Source of the DNA: Macrostomum lignano
Lineage: Eukaryota
Direction: 5' to 3'
DNA: 64,000 bases
Assembly: GCA_002269645.1 (NCBI GenBank)
Contig: NIVC01002026.1
Location: 62,001 to 126,000 of the forward strand
The notes beneath the pieces were generated by a model. That model was not told the origin of the DNA. It saw only the letters and a program-made list of their open reading frames with translations, and ran no database searches. The translations under genes were made by a program, and so were the position numbers. Below, one piece after another: positions 25,707-62,319 of the stretch (its first letter is position 1; each line of letters opens with the position of its first letter).

Positions 25707-27121
25707 TTAGTTCTTCCTTGTAAAAAAGGAACCGATTTTGATGTCACTCAAAACTTTAGACACATTAACCAGTTCGAGGGCGTACTCACGAGTTTTCATC
25801 GCGGTGCCACCCCAGCTCGTTTCGCTCTTCCGCATGTCGTGAACAGCGTACACAGTTGGCGACGAGTCTGTAACAGGGTTGTAATTGGTGATGTTTGAGC
25901 ACAGCTGCGTCAGGTTCTTCACCTTTCTGAGAAGCTTCATGCTGGAGTCTTTGGTGTCGTTCAGTTTCCTGCAGCTAATGCTCATCTTGGACAGTCGATA
26001 GTTTCGAAAATTCGTCGAAACGCCGCTCAAAGAGTTGTTCTCGTACGGATAGAAGCTGAACGATGGCGGCACGTACACCGCTTCCATCGAGTCGTTTGTC
26101 AGCGGATGCTTGGCATTGTACCGCTCCAAGATTCTCGTCAGTCCAACTGGTCCAGCAAAGCCGAGAATGTCCCAGTTCGGCCGAATGAGAGACAGCTGGT
26201 CGAGCACAAACCTGTAGAACTTGTGCCCTGGCGCAGACATGAGGAAGGCGGGACTGGCCACAGGTCTAATGGGCCAGTGAGGCCCGAACAGCTGCAGCGA
26301 GTGCGTCTCCGGCTCGCGAGTGACCACCGCGTAGAAGCGACGAAACTCGTCCAGGTTTCGCGTCAGGCTGTAGTCCAGGTCTGCGTACGTGCCGCCGAGC
26401 TTCAAAAACCCAAAAATATTTCTGTATGATTTCCGCTTAAAAAGAAGTCAACTGCATGCTTTAGGAGCGTAAAAGGTAATTTTTAATTGAGGAATAAGTA
26501 AATATGACTAGTATAGTGTTTCAGTATTCTGTGAATGCTCGATAGTGCTTTACCTACCTTATACATCAGCATGTAGCGGAACATGTCAACCTTCATGATG
26601 TGCATCTTCTGAGACTTGAATTGCTTCAACAGTTTGGGAAAATTTTCAGCCACGAATGGATCCATATCCTTGTCGCGCCACAGCACGTGGATCCAATCGG
26701 GGTGAAGTTTCTGCCAAGTTTTTATGTGCTCGACAAAGTACTTGGACACGAACTCGTTGCGCCAGAGAATGTGCCGGATCTTCGGTATCGGGAAGATGCC
26801 TCTTTTGTGCAGGCTGGTCTCGTAGTCCAGCCGGCAGCTCTCGTTTGCGCAGACAGCCGGCAGCCAAGTCTTTGGTTTCAATTGTACTTTTCTGTTTGGT
26901 AATTTCGATGTTAAGTCGGATTGAATCAGAGTAGCATTTCCTCCATTCCTGTTGAATGCATTGAACAAGGTGGCAAGAAAAACCGGATGCCTGCTTGTCT
27001 TTGTCGACAGCGTCGCTATCTGAGTTATTGCGGCGTAGACCAGTAGAATAACGAAAACAGCAAACAGAATTTTGCGCCACTTGTCGCATCGAAACTTTTG
27101 GACTTTTACGAAAAAAATCAT
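25707..27121 (-). CDS. GT32-family DxD glycosyltransferase, type II membrane; exons 27121-26558 and 26399-25707
   Basis: N-terminal TM segment ILFAVFVILLVYAAI; motifs IPKIRHILW, HPDW..VLW.D, VDMFRY, YK|LGGTYADLD; phase-0 GT-AG intron (aag|gtaggt ... tttgaag|CTC). Confidence 0.85.
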
Positions 27122-27644
27122 TTTTATCAAACGGTGGCTTTTTAAATCCACTTATTTTTGCACTTGTATTTTGTAAAATGCTTTCCTAGCAGACTAATTA
27201 AGACGTCCTATTTCGACTTCTGTTTTTTACCTTGCTTATTTCAATCACCGATTGGCTATTCCAACTAATCCACAATCACTGGCCAAACCATTCTGTCCGG
27301 AGAGGTATCTACGTCAGTCTAGCTCCTTACCGGTGCGCTATCAGTTTGGGATAGGACAAATCGGGTAGCTCATTCCTACCTGACCAAGCCTAGAAATGTA
27401 CATTCTGTAACCGTCCACGGATGAATTGGGGCTTTCTGCATTAAATTTTAAGATAGCTGGAGTTTGCGTTAAATACATCCAACTTCCTGAAGGAATAAAG
27501 TAAGGCTTTTTCTGAAACTTCTTTTTTCAATTTCTGGACTCCTATATTAACATCTTCTCTGTCGTTTTCAAGTCATTAAGACTTCGTTGCTGCGGTTATT
27601 CGTTGTCAATGTCTGTTGTGTTGGAGCGAGTCTGGTATTGTCTG

Positions 27645-29037
27645 GATGAATGAATAAATGGATGGATGGATGGATGCATGGATGGATGGATGGATGGATG
27701 GATGGATGGATGGATGGATGGATGGATGGATGGATGGATGGATGGATGGATGGATGGATGGATGGATGGATGGATGGATGGATAGATGGATAGATGGATG
27801 GATGGATGAATGGATGGATGGATGGATGGATGGATGGATGGATGGATGGATGGATGGATGGATGGATGGATGGATGGATGGATGGATGGATGGATGGATG
27901 GATGGATGGATGGATGGATGGATGGATGGATGGATGGATGGCTGGATGGATGGATGGATGGATGGATGGATGGATGGATGGATGGATGGATGGATGGATG
28001 GATGGATGGATGGATGGATGGATGGATGGATGGATGGATGGATGGATGGATGGATGGATGGATGGATGGATGGATGGATGGATGGATGGATGGATGGATG
28101 GATGGATGGATGGATGGATGGATGGATGGATGGATGGATGGATGGATGGATGGATGGATGGATGGATGGATGGATGGATGGATGGATGGATGGATGGATG
28201 GATGGATGGATGGATGGATGGATGGATGGATGGATGGATGGATGGATGGATGGATGGATGGATGGATGGATGGATGGATGGATGGATGGATGGATGGATG
28301 GATGGATGGATGGATGGATGGATGGATGGATGGATGGATGGATGGATGGATGGATGGATGGATGGATGGATGGATGGATGGATGGATGGATGGATGGATG
28401 GATGGATGGATGGATGGATGGATGGATGGATGGATGGATGGATGGATGGATGGATGGATGGATGGATGGATGGATGGATGGATGGATGGATGGATGGATG
28501 GATGGATGGATGGATGGATGGATGGATGGATGGATGGATGGATGGATGGATGGATGGATGGATGGATGGATGGATGGATGGATGGATGGATGGATGGATG
28601 GATGGATGGATGGATGGATGGATGGATGGATGGATGGATGGATGGATGGATGGATGGATGGATGGATGGATGGATGGATGGATGGATGGATGGATGGATG
28701 GATGGATGGATGGATGGATGGATGGATGGATGGATGGATGGATGGATGGATGGATGGATGGATGGATGGATGGATGGATGGATGGATGGATGGATGGATG
28801 GATGGATGGATGGATGGATGGATGGATGGATGGATGGATGGATGGATGGATGGATGGATGGATGGATGGATGGATGGATGGATGGATGGATGGATGGATG
28901 GATGGATGGATGGATGGATGGATGGATGGATGGATGGATGGATGGATGGATGGATGGATGGATGGATGGATGGATGGATGGATGCATGGATGGATGCATG
29001 GATGGATGGATGGATGGATGGATGGATGGATGGATGA
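27645..29037. repeat. (GGAT)n microsatellite, about 1.4 kb
   Basis: Direct reading. Confidence 0.98.
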
Positions 29038-29679
29038 TGGACCATATTGGCTGTTTGAGCTAGTTGCCTATGCAGTGCTAACAACTCGTGTGCCATCTCA
29101 TTGAAACTAATCACTGAGCACCCTGGCCTCCCATGCTCAAATAAAATCGATGGAAGGTAGCGAGGTTGCTAAGCCAGGAAAATGTGAGAAAAGCAGAGCT
29201 GGCTAGCGACGCAAACCAAATCTTGTCGAATTCGAGCTTGCGAATAGTTGTAAGGATACAAGTGTTTTATTTATCATAGATTTATTTATCTTTTTCTTAT
29301 CGATCTTCCGATTGGATGGCTGGTCCCCAGTAGAGTTAGCTCATAGTAACTTTGATGGGATTCTGTCGACTGTAAGACATCTGGAGTGACTATCGATCCA
29401 TGGCTATCGATAAAGCATACATAGTTATTGAAAATTTAAGACGACATGCCCAGCTGTCGTAAGCATTGGTCGAGCCTCTTTTTTTAAACCCGTGCGGGGT
29501 TGAGTATCAAATTTGTGAAATGAACTACTTAGAGTAGCAACGGTGATTTCTTACCTCGGTAAATATCAGATAGAAGCGCAAAAACACTCGACCACTGAGA
29601 ATCTCTCACTCTCGCTCACTCTCTCAAGTCACTGACGATTTCTAGGAGTCACTTAAAATGTCTGAAGGTCACTGAGAAT

Positions 29680-29895
29680 CCCCATGAGTCACTGAGAATC
29701 CCCATGAGTCACTGAAAATCCCCATGAGTCACTTCGAATCTCTAAAAATCACTGAGAATCTCTAAAAATCATTGAGAATCTCTAAAAATCACTGAGAATC
29801 TCTAAAAATCACTGAGAATCTCTAAAAATCACTGAGAATCTCTAAAAATCACTGAGAATCCCCATGAGTCACTGGGAATCTCTAAGAGTCACTGA
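29680..29895. repeat. 20-bp minisatellite CACTGAGAATCTCTAAAAAT
   Basis: Direct reading. Confidence 0.85.
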
Positions 29896-29899
29896 GAAT

Positions 29900-32800
29900 A
29901 CTGCACTTGATAAGCCAAGGATTACTGCACTTGATAAACTAAAAATAATTGCACTTGATAAGCCAAAGATTATTGCACTGGATAAACCAAGGATTATTGC
30001 ACTTGATAAACCAAGGATTATTGCACTTGCTAAGCCAAAGATTATTGCACTTGATAAACCAAGGATTATTGCACTTGATAAAACAAGGATTATTGCATTT
30101 GATAAGCCAAGGATTACTGTACTTGATAAACCAAGGACTACTGCACTTGATAAACCAAGGATTATTGCATTTGATAAGCCAAGGATTACTGCACTTGATA
30201 AACCAAGTATTATTGCACTTGATAAACCAAGGATTATTGCACTTGATAAACCAAGTATTATTGCACTTGATAAACCAAGGATTATTGCACTTGATAAACC
30301 AAGGATTATTGCACTTGCTAAGCCAAAGATTATTGCACTTGATAAACCAAGTATTATTGCACTTGATAAACAAGTATTATTGCACTTGATAAACCAAGGA
30401 TTATTGCACTTGATAAACCAAGGACTACTGCACTTGATAAACAAGGATTATTGCACTTGATAAACCAAGGATTATTGCACTTGCTAAGCCAAGGATTATT
30501 GCGATTGATAAACAAGGATTATTGCACTTGATAAACCAAGGATTATTGCACTTGCTAAGCCAAGGATTATTGCGATTGATAAACCAAGGATTATTGCACT
30601 TGATAAACCAAGGATTATTGCACTTGATAAACCAAGTATTATTGCACTTGATAAACCAAGGATTATTGCACTTGATAAACCAAGGATTATTGCACTTGAT
30701 AAGACAAGGATTATTGGTTAAGGATTAAGCCAAGGATTATTGCGCTTGATAAGCCAAGGATTATTGCGCTTGATAAACCAAGGATTATTGCACTTGATAA
30801 ACCAAGGATTATTGGTTAAGGATTAAGCCAAGGATTATTGCGCTTGATAAACCAAGGATTATTGCACTTGATAAACCAAGGATTATTGCACTTGATAAAC
30901 CAAGGATTATTGCACTTGATAAACCAAGGATTATTGCACTTGATAAACCAAGGATTATTGGTTAAGGATTAAGCCAAGGATTATTGCGCTTGATAAACCA
31001 AGGATTATTGCACTTGATAAGCCAAGGATTATTGCACTTGATAAACCAAGGATTATTGCACTGGATAAACCAAGGATTATTGCACTTGATAAACCAAGGA
31101 TTATTGGTTAAGGATTAAGCCAAGGATTATTGCGCTTGATAAACCAAGGATTATTGCACTTGATAAACCAAGGATTATTGCACTTGATAAACCAAGGATT
31201 ATTGCACTTGATAAACCAAGGATTATTGCACTTGATAAACCAAGGATTATTGCACTTGATAAACCAAGGATTATTGCACTTGATAAACCAAGGATTATTG
31301 CACTTGATAAGCCAAGGACTATTGGTTAAGGATTAAGCCAAGGATTATTGCGCTTGATAAGCCAAGGATTATTGCGCTTGATAAACCAAGGATTATTGCA
31401 CTTGATAAACCAAGGATTATTGGTTAAGGATTAAGCCAAGGATTATTGCGCTTGATAAACCAAGGATTATTGCACTTGATAAGCCAAGGATTATTGCACT
31501 TGATAAACCAAGGATTATTGCACTGGATAAACCAAGGATTATTGCACTTGATAAACCAAGGATTATTGGTTAAGGATTAAGCCAAGGATTATTGCGCTTG
31601 ATAAACCAAGGATTATTGCACTTGATAAACCAAGGACTACTGCACTTGATAAACAAGGATTATTGCACTTGATAAACCAAAGATTATTGCACTTGCTAAG
31701 CCAAGGATTATTGCGCTTGATCAACCAAGGATTATTGCACTTGCTAAGCCAAGGATTATTGCACTGGATAAACCAAGGATTATTGCACTTGATAAACCAA
31801 GGATGATTGCACTTGATTAACCAAGGATTATTGCACTTGATAAACCAAGGATTATTGCACTTGATAAACCAAGTATTATTGCACTTGATAAACCAAGGAT
31901 TATTGCACTTGCTAAGCCAAGGATTATTGCGCTTGATCAACCAAGGATTATTGCACTTGCTAAGCCAAGGATTATTGCACTTGATAAACCAAGTATTATT
32001 GCACTTGATAAACCAAGGATTATTGCACTTGATAAACCAAGGATTATTGCACTTGATAAACCAAGGATTATTGCACTTGATAAACGAAGTATTATTGCAC
32101 TTGATAAACCAAGGATTATTGCACTTGATAAACCAAGGATTATTGCACTTGATAAGCCAAGGACTATTGGTTAAGGATTAAGCAAAGGATTATTGCGCTT
32201 GATAAGCCAAGGATTATTGCGCTTGATAAACCAAGGATTATTGCACTTGATAAACCAAGGATTATTGGTTAAGGATTAAGCCAAGGATTATTGCGCTTGA
32301 TAAACCAAGGATTATTGCACTTGATAAACCAAGGATTTTTGGTTAAGGATTAAGCCAAGGATTATTGCGCTTGATAAACCAAGAATTATTGCACTTGATA
32401 AACCAAGGATTATTGCACTTGATAAACCAAGGATTATTGCACTTGCTAAGCCAAGGATTATTGCACTTGATAAACCAAGTATTATTGCACTTGATAAACC
32501 AAGGATTATTGCACTTGATAAACCAAGGATTATTGCACTTGATAAACCAAGGATTATTGGTTAAGGATTAAGCCAAGGATTATTGCGCTTGAAAAGCCAA
32601 GGATTATTGCGCTTGATAAACCAAGGATTATTGCACTTGATAAACCAAGGATTACTGCACTTGATAAACCAAGGATTATTGCACTTGATAAACCAAGGAT
32701 TATTGCACTTGCTAAGCCAAAGATTATTGCACTTGATAAACCAAGTATTATTGCACTTGATAAACCAAGGATTATTGCACTTGATAAACCAAGTATTATT

Positions 32801-33895
32801 GCACTTGATAAACCAAGGATTATTGCGCTTGATCAACCAAGGATTATTGCACTTGATAAACCAAGGATTATTGGTTAAGGATTAAGCCAAGGATTATTGC
32901 GCTTGATAAGCCAAGGATTATTGCGCTTGATAAACCAAGGATTATTGCACTTGATAAACCAAGGATTATTGCGCTTGATCAACCAAGGATTATTGCACTT
33001 GATAAACCAAGGATTATTGGTTAAGGATTAAGCCAAGGATTATTGCGCTTGATAAGCCAAGGATTATTGCGCTTGATAAACCAAGAATTATTGCACTTGA
33101 TAAACCAAGGATTATTGCACTTGATAAACCAAGGATTATTGCACTTGATAAACCAAGGACTACTGCACTTGATAAACAAGGATTATTGCACTTGATAAAC
33201 CAAGGATTATTGCACTTGCTAAGCCAAGGATTATTGCGCTTGATCAACCAAGGATTATTGCACTTGATAAACCAAGGATTATTGCACTTGATAAACCAAG
33301 TATTATTGCACTTGATAAACCAAGGATTATTGCACTTGATAAACCAAGGATTATTGCACTTGATAAACCAAGGATTATTGCATTTGATAAACCAAGGATT
33401 ATTGCACTTGATAAGCCAAGGACTATTGGTTAAGGATTAAGCCAAGGATTATTGCGCTTGATAAGCCAAGGATTATTGCGCTTGATAAACCAAGGATTAT
33501 TGCACTTGATAAACCAAGGATTATTGCACTTGATAAACCAAGGATTATTGGTTAAGGATTAAGCCGAGGATTATTGCGCTTGATAAGCCAAGGATCAATG
33601 CGGTTGATAAACCAAGGATTATTGCACTTGATAAACCAAGGATTATTGGTTAAGGATTAAGCCAAGGATTATTGCGCTTGATAAACCAAGGATTATTGCA
33701 CTTGATAAACCAAGGATTATTACACTAGATAAACCAAGGATTATTGCACTTGCTAAGCCAAGGATTATTGCACTTGATAAACCAAGTATTATTGCACTTG
33801 ATAAACCAAGGATTATTACACTTGATAAGCCAAGGATTACTGCACCTGATAAGCCAAGGATTATTGCACTAGATTTGAAAGGATTATTGCACTAG
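29900..33895. repeat. 24-bp satellite GGATTATTGCACTTGATAAACCAA, about 4 kb, with interspersed variant units
   Basis: Period 24 (31201 and 31225); recurring variant GGATTATTGGTTAAGGATTAAGCCAA. Confidence 0.97.
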
Positions 33896-34194
33896 CTGAG
33901 AAGCTGATTATTGCGCTCGTTGAGACGTGGATCGTTGCACAACCTGAGAAAGCGATTATTGCATTAGCGGAGGTAACATTTGCACTAGCTACTTGCTGTT
34001 TCGTGGATGCTTGCTATCTGGAGGATGCTTGCTCTCGAGGGGGAGGGGAGGGGGTACGAGCTACTTGCTATTTGGGAGGGGGTACGGGCTACATGTATGG
34101 GATTCTTTCTATCCAGGGATGCTTGCTATTTAGGGACTCTTGCTATCTGCAGGATGCTTGTGATCCAGGTGGATGCTTCTATAATATCTGGGGG

Positions 34195-34620
34195 GTGCTT
34201 GCTATCTGCAGATGCTTGCTATCTGCGGTGATGCTTGCTATCTGGGGGATGCTTGCTATCTGCAGATGCTTGCTATCTGCGGTGATGCTTGCTATCTGGG
34301 GGATGCTTGCTATCTGCAGATGCTTGCTATCTGCGGTGATGCTTGCTATCTGGGGGATGCTTGCTATCTGCAGATGCTTGCTATCTGCGGTGATGCTTGC
34401 TATCTGGGGGATGCTTGCTATCTGCAGATGTTTGCTATCTGCGGTGATGCTTGCTATCTGGGGGATGCTTGCTATCTGCAGATGCTTGCTATCTGGGGGA
34501 TGCTTGCTATCTGCAGATGTTTGCTATCTGGGGTGATGCTTGCTATCTGGGGGATGCTTGCTATCTGCAGATGCTTGCTATCTGCAGATGCTTGCTATCT
34601 GAGGTGATGCTTGCTATGAG
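34195..34620. repeat. 54-bp higher-order repeat of three 17-19-bp GATGCTTGCTATCTG subunits
   Basis: GCTATCTGCA recurs at 34201 and 34255, with the subunit endings CA, CGGT and GGG cycling. Confidence 0.85.
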
Positions 34621-35483
34621 CATTAGGGGATGCTTGCTATCTGCGGTTGCTTACTTTTGGAGGGGGTGCTTGCTATCTGGGGGGATGCTTGCTGTCTTGG
34701 GAATATTTTCTATTTAGGGGGAGCTATATTTTGTTGTTGTCTGTTTGTTAATTTTAGAGAAAAAGTGATTCATAGCAAACATCTTTGTCCGTGTCAATGT
34801 TACACGAATGTGATTTTTAAAAGTGAAGAAGAAATTGGTTCTTAAGAAAATGTGCTTTTTTAATTGTTTTCAATGAACTATTTTTGCTCCTTGCTTATTG
34901 GGCGCCCCGAAGGGGGCCGCACTAGATTGCTAGTAGACTCTCTAAGAGTCACTAAAAAGCTCCAAGAGTCACTACTCGTATTATCAGAAATAGTAAAATC
35001 TTACTTATCTTTCAGTAAATTTCCGAAAGCAAAACATGCAGAAAAACTGGCATCTGCAAGGTGATCCAAAGGACCAACAATCAAAACAACATTGTGCGCG
35101 TATATACTTCATTGACAAAATCTTATGAAGCCTTGTACGACAGCAAAATTCGATATGCAAAGTTTTACTGCAACAAAGAACAGACATTGTGGAAGGTGCT
35201 GACTAATTAAAAAAAACACAAAAATATCAGGAAACATCGTGTGAGTGTGCAAAGGTGCCAAACTGTGTCGACAGCCAGGAATAGTTTGATACAATTATTG
35301 ACGCTGCTGGCCAACGTCATCAATGTTACCAAAGTCTATAAGCTCTGAAATTCGCTACTAAACCTGCTTAACCTCAATTACGTGTAGTGAGTAACTTTCG
35401 CTCGCAGAAATTTAAATAACGATCGATGCATGGAGCTGAATAGAGAAAAAAAATTGACAAAATTCGAGCTCATCCATCAGCGC

Positions 35484-57902
<22,419 letters not shown>

Positions 57903-59097
57903 GGTGCCCGGACTGAAACTGAGAGTTTGAGCAGCTTCTCAACAATCTCGGCTGAAGTAGGACTCAACGGTCGAATTTTGCTGTCGCTTTTCTGTTGTTG
58001 ACAATTTCCAGTTCAACAAATTTAATTAAGCAACTCATCAAGCGGAGAGACGCAGTCAGTCGTTCGGTGCAAGCATCGATTTTTTTGCGGTCGTGTCCTG
58101 TCGACTCTTTAATCTACCGCCGTAGTGAGCCACATGTCCGGCAATTTGAAAGAAGCCGTCCCCCCCCCCTGTTACCGAAGTCGGCAGAAATAGCTGACGG
58201 ATTCTTTCGACGGCTCCCTAGGGGGTGGAGAAGGGCTAGGGGGCAGAGGGTCGACAGCTCCGCCTGATGGTCAACAGCCAATCAGATCTGTTAGCCAATG
58301 GACCTCTTGTCTGGCTTAACCCAGCGTGGGCGTTGCCAGAGCGTGCAGACTTTCCTCGGCAATGCTGACATTTTGAAAAAAAGTATTTTGGAATTAAGCC
58401 TCGAAATCTACGCGCTATCAAAGAGAACTCAAGCTAAACAGTTGGGCGAAGTGTTGAGCTACCTGACCTCTCTCCCTAACAAGTCTCACTTGTTGCAGTG
58501 AATCCCCTATCATTTCCGAGAAATAGCTCGTAGTCCTTTCAATGCGATTCTTTTTTCTCCAACTTTGAAGTGGGACAAGTCAACCGCCTCTGTTCCCACT
58601 CCTTTCCCTTGTCTCCTATACTCGGCAAGAAGTAAGGAGACTCTGAAGGTGACGGGCGAGCAAAGCTTGAACAAAGTAAAGAAAGGTGTCAACAATTTCA
58701 CAGACCTTTGCAATGCCTTTCCGTATTCCCCCCGGCCCCAACTTCTGCCTTTCGTTGCACTGCGCAGTCTCGTCCTTATTACGAGCTATGATCGGAGATC
58801 GCTACTGCTCAAAAATCCTATCTAATATTCAGCTAGCTGCATTTAGCCGGTTCTGCAAGTTGTCTATACAGCTGAGCCAATCAGTTTTTTGTCGGCAAGT
58901 TGAAAGAAGACAAAAGAGAAAGAGTGAAAAAAGAAGAACTTAGGCAAACTTTAAATAAAAAAATGAAAGTCTGGACAAAGTGTTGACGCTTTTGTGGAAG
59001 AATTTCTGGCTCTTAATATTCGTTTCCTTTTGGAGTAAAACTGCGTTTTTTAGGAAGCACTCATTGAACTGGATTGAAATATCGGAAAGTATTTGAT

Positions 59098-59660
59098 AGA
59101 GGGGGGATCAGGGGAGAATGGTGGGTCAAGGGGTGGATCAGGGGAAAATCGTGGGTCAAGGGGCGGATCAGGGGAAAATCGTGGGTCAAGGGACGGATCA
59201 GGGGAGAATCTTGGGTCAAGGGGCAGATCAGTGGAGAATGGTAGGTCAGGGGCGGATCAGTGGAGAATCGTGGGTCAAGGGGCGGATCAGGGGAGAATCT
59301 TGGGTCAAGGGGCAAATCAGGGGAGAACTATGGGTCAAGGGGCAGATCAGTGGAGAATGGTAGGTCAGGGGCGGATCAGTGGAGAATCGTGGGTCAAGGG
59401 GCAGATCAGTGGAGAATCGTAGGTCAGGGGCGGATCAGTGGAGAATCGTAGGTCAGGGGCGGATCAGTGGAGAATCGTGGGTCAAGGGGCGGATCAGGGG
59501 AGAATCTTGGGTCAAGGGGCAAATCAGGGGAGAACTATGGGTCAAGGGGCAGATCAGTGGAGAATGGTAGGTCAGGGGCGGATCAGTGGAGAATCGTGGG
59601 TCAAGGGGCAGATCAGTGGAGAATCGTAGGTCAGGGGCGGATCAGTGGAGAATGGTGGGT
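59098..59660. repeat. 29/30-bp G-rich minisatellite GGGGCGGATCAG(G/T)GGAGAATCGTGGGTCAA
   Basis: Direct reading. Confidence 0.9.
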
Positions 59661-60469
59661 CAACAGCCAAAGCAGAAACGAATCCCAGAGTTCAAAACTT
59701 TACCAGCCAGAACACTAGTATACCAGGCTCCCACTGCCCAAGGCATCTCCTTACAAATCCTAAAGCACCCAAGAGATTTCCCAAGCAGATTTTCTCACGG
59801 TAGGGAATTTTCTACACTGCAGACTCTTTCTTGCCAAGATTTTCTTCTAGGCGCGAGACGCTGCAGGAAGGAAAAAGAAAAATTACAACTGTGGAGAGAG
59901 AGAGAGAGTGAGTGAAATCTCCCATCGGATTAGCGATGAAAATCGATCGAGAAGAACTCGGTTATCGGCTTGTTGGGCCATGGCTGATTTTCAAACTGCC
60001 GGTTCAAAAGGCGTCACAACGAGCAAACCATAAACTGATGTTTTCTTTGCTTTCATTAGCAAAATCGAACAATCCTTAAAACTGTAAAGCTCTCTGCTTT
60101 TTCACTCGGGGAGAGTTATTTGCAACCTTTTAATCAAGCTCAACCTGATGCGGAGTAAAAGGAGACTGAGTGAGGATCTTTCTTTAATGGATATTTAAAT
60201 ATGATCAGCAGTTTTTTGCTACTAGTAGCTTAAGAAACCGGAGACTGATTAAAAAAAACAGCGCATCATCCGCAGTTTGAGATATGAGATTTGACAAAGC
60301 TCGCAAGGTGTCCAATTCTGCTCCCGATTGGTCCTTCGATTGTGAAGGCTGATCGAGATTTCGAGACCTTTTGAGATCTAATTGGGTACTCATGGGTCTT
60401 GATATTTGAGTCTTGAATCTTGGCCATCCATAGATTTTGTTGATGGAGGTAACTGGGGGCTTGGCGATA

Positions 60470-61015
60470 ATTAGATCTACTGTCTATAGATCTACAGACA
60501 GTACATCTAGTGTCTATAGATCTGCAGTCAGTATATATAATGTCTATAGATCTGCTGTCAGCGTATCTAATGTCTTTAGATCTGCAGTCAGTATATCTAA
60601 TGTCTATAGATCTGCTGTCAGCGTATCTAATGTCTTTAGATCTGCTGTCAGTATATCTAATATGTATAGATCTGCAGACAGTATATCTAGATTCTTTAGA
60701 TCTGCAGACAGTATATCTAGATTCTATAGATCTGCAGACAGTATATCTAATGTCTATAGATCTGCAGACAGTATATCTAATGTCTTTAGATCTGCTGTCA
60801 GTATATCTAATATGTATAGATCTGCAGACAGTATATCTAGATTCTTTAGATCTGCAGACAGTACATCTAGTGTCTATAGATCTGCAGACAGTATATCTAA
60901 TGTCTCTAGATCTGCAGACAGTATATCTAATGTCTATAGATATGTACTCAATGTATCTACAGCTCTATATTTAGTCTGTATATCTGCAGTCTTAGATGTA
61001 TATTAATGTCTGTAG
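60470..61015. repeat. 30-bp minisatellite TAGATCTGCAGACAGTATATCTAATGTCTA
   Basis: Direct reading. Confidence 0.9.
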
Positions 61016-61612
61016 ATCTTGATGAATGCAATTTATTAATACTTTTCCGTAAAAGGTCAAAAACACTATAAATTGCCAAAATAAAAAATATATAAGTTTA
61101 AATTTCGATAGTAGAAGTAACGATGCTTGAAAAAACTCCCTGTAACATCATTATAGATTAATCTCATTTATATATATTTTTCCAACGCACTCTCAGTTTT
61201 CAAGTAAAATATAATTATTAATAACAGAACCAAGAAAACATTTGGCCTTCATAAAAAGTTCTGGGGATAAAAACAGGCCACAATAGAAGACTGTGTTATC
61301 ATTGTCTGCTTAATTCGAATAACTTTGATAATATAAAAGAACAACAGCCAATACAGAATTCAATTATGTACTCGTATAGATACAGAAAAAAGGTCATAGA
61401 AAAGCTTTACGCTCACAACCCAATTTTCCTACGGTCAATTTTCCCCCAGGAAGTCATCCGTCATCCCTGCAGCTCACGCCTTCTCGTTGCCCTCCTGAAA
61501 AATCCAAAGCAAACTTGTTTTATTAAATTTTCAAATGGAAATATAAAATAGTAGCATATTCTCATTTTTCTACTTTCAGTAGAGTAGTTTGAAAATGTGT
61601 TTTTTTAGAGCT

Positions 61613-62190
61613 TTATTGCCTCACCGTTTCGCCCTTCTCCTCGGCTGGGGCCGCCGCCGCGGCCGCTTGCTCCTCGTTGGGCGAATTATCCGCCTCCTCT
61701 TCGCCACCTTCCTCCACCTGTGAAAAAAATCATTTTTGACTCTAATTAAAGCACTGTGAGTAAGTAAGCTACATCGAACCCCTTTAAAAAGTTACCGTAA
61801 ATTTGTACACCAGCCCCACATTCCAAGGTGTACACCAGCCCCACATTCCAAGGTGTACACCAGCCCCACATTCCAAAGTGTACACCAGCCCCACATTCCA
61901 AGGTGTACACCAGCCCCACATTCCAAGGTGTACACCAGCCCCACATTCCAAGGTGTACACCAGCCCCACATTCCAAGGCAGTTTCTCACCCGCTCCAAAT
62001 TCTGTCTCTCCTCCTCTCCGCCCTGCTCCTCCTCGTTCCCAGCGGACTCAGCTTCCCGCATCGCGTTCTCGCGCTCCTCCTTGCGACGCTCGCGAAGCTT
62101 CTTCTCATTTTCGATGGCGGCGAAGAAGTCCTGCTCGGCCTTGGCCATCAGATCTTCGCCTTGCTCCTCGCCGTGTTCCTCTTCATCATC
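61613..62190 (-). CDS. DNAI2: Last two exons (62190-61990, 61717-61613) of a probable axonemal dynein intermediate chain 2
   Basis: EDLMAKAEQDFFAAIENEKK resembles, from memory, the DNAI2 C-terminal LVSKAEEEFFDII.AE.KK segment, followed by an acidic tail. Phase-0 GT-AG intron; AATAAA overlaps the stop. Upstream exons not seen in the window. Confidence 0.6.
61800..61980. repeat. 25-bp minisatellite TGTACACCAGCCCCACATTCCAAGG (intronic)
   Basis: Period 25 (61861 and 61886). Confidence 0.93.
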
Positions 62191-62319
62191 CTTTGAAAGC
62201 GAATCAATGAGCAGAATTTGATTATGATAAGGCTTTATGAGCAGGCATTCTAGGACTTGATCGATTTGCACGTGCTTAGAGTACGTTAAACCACAGAGTA
62301 ATGCACACCAATCCTCTCC

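Noticed and set aside
58270-58300. Paired CCAAT boxes as the mGluR promoter
   Set aside because: Short motifs with no transcription-start evidence; insufficient support.
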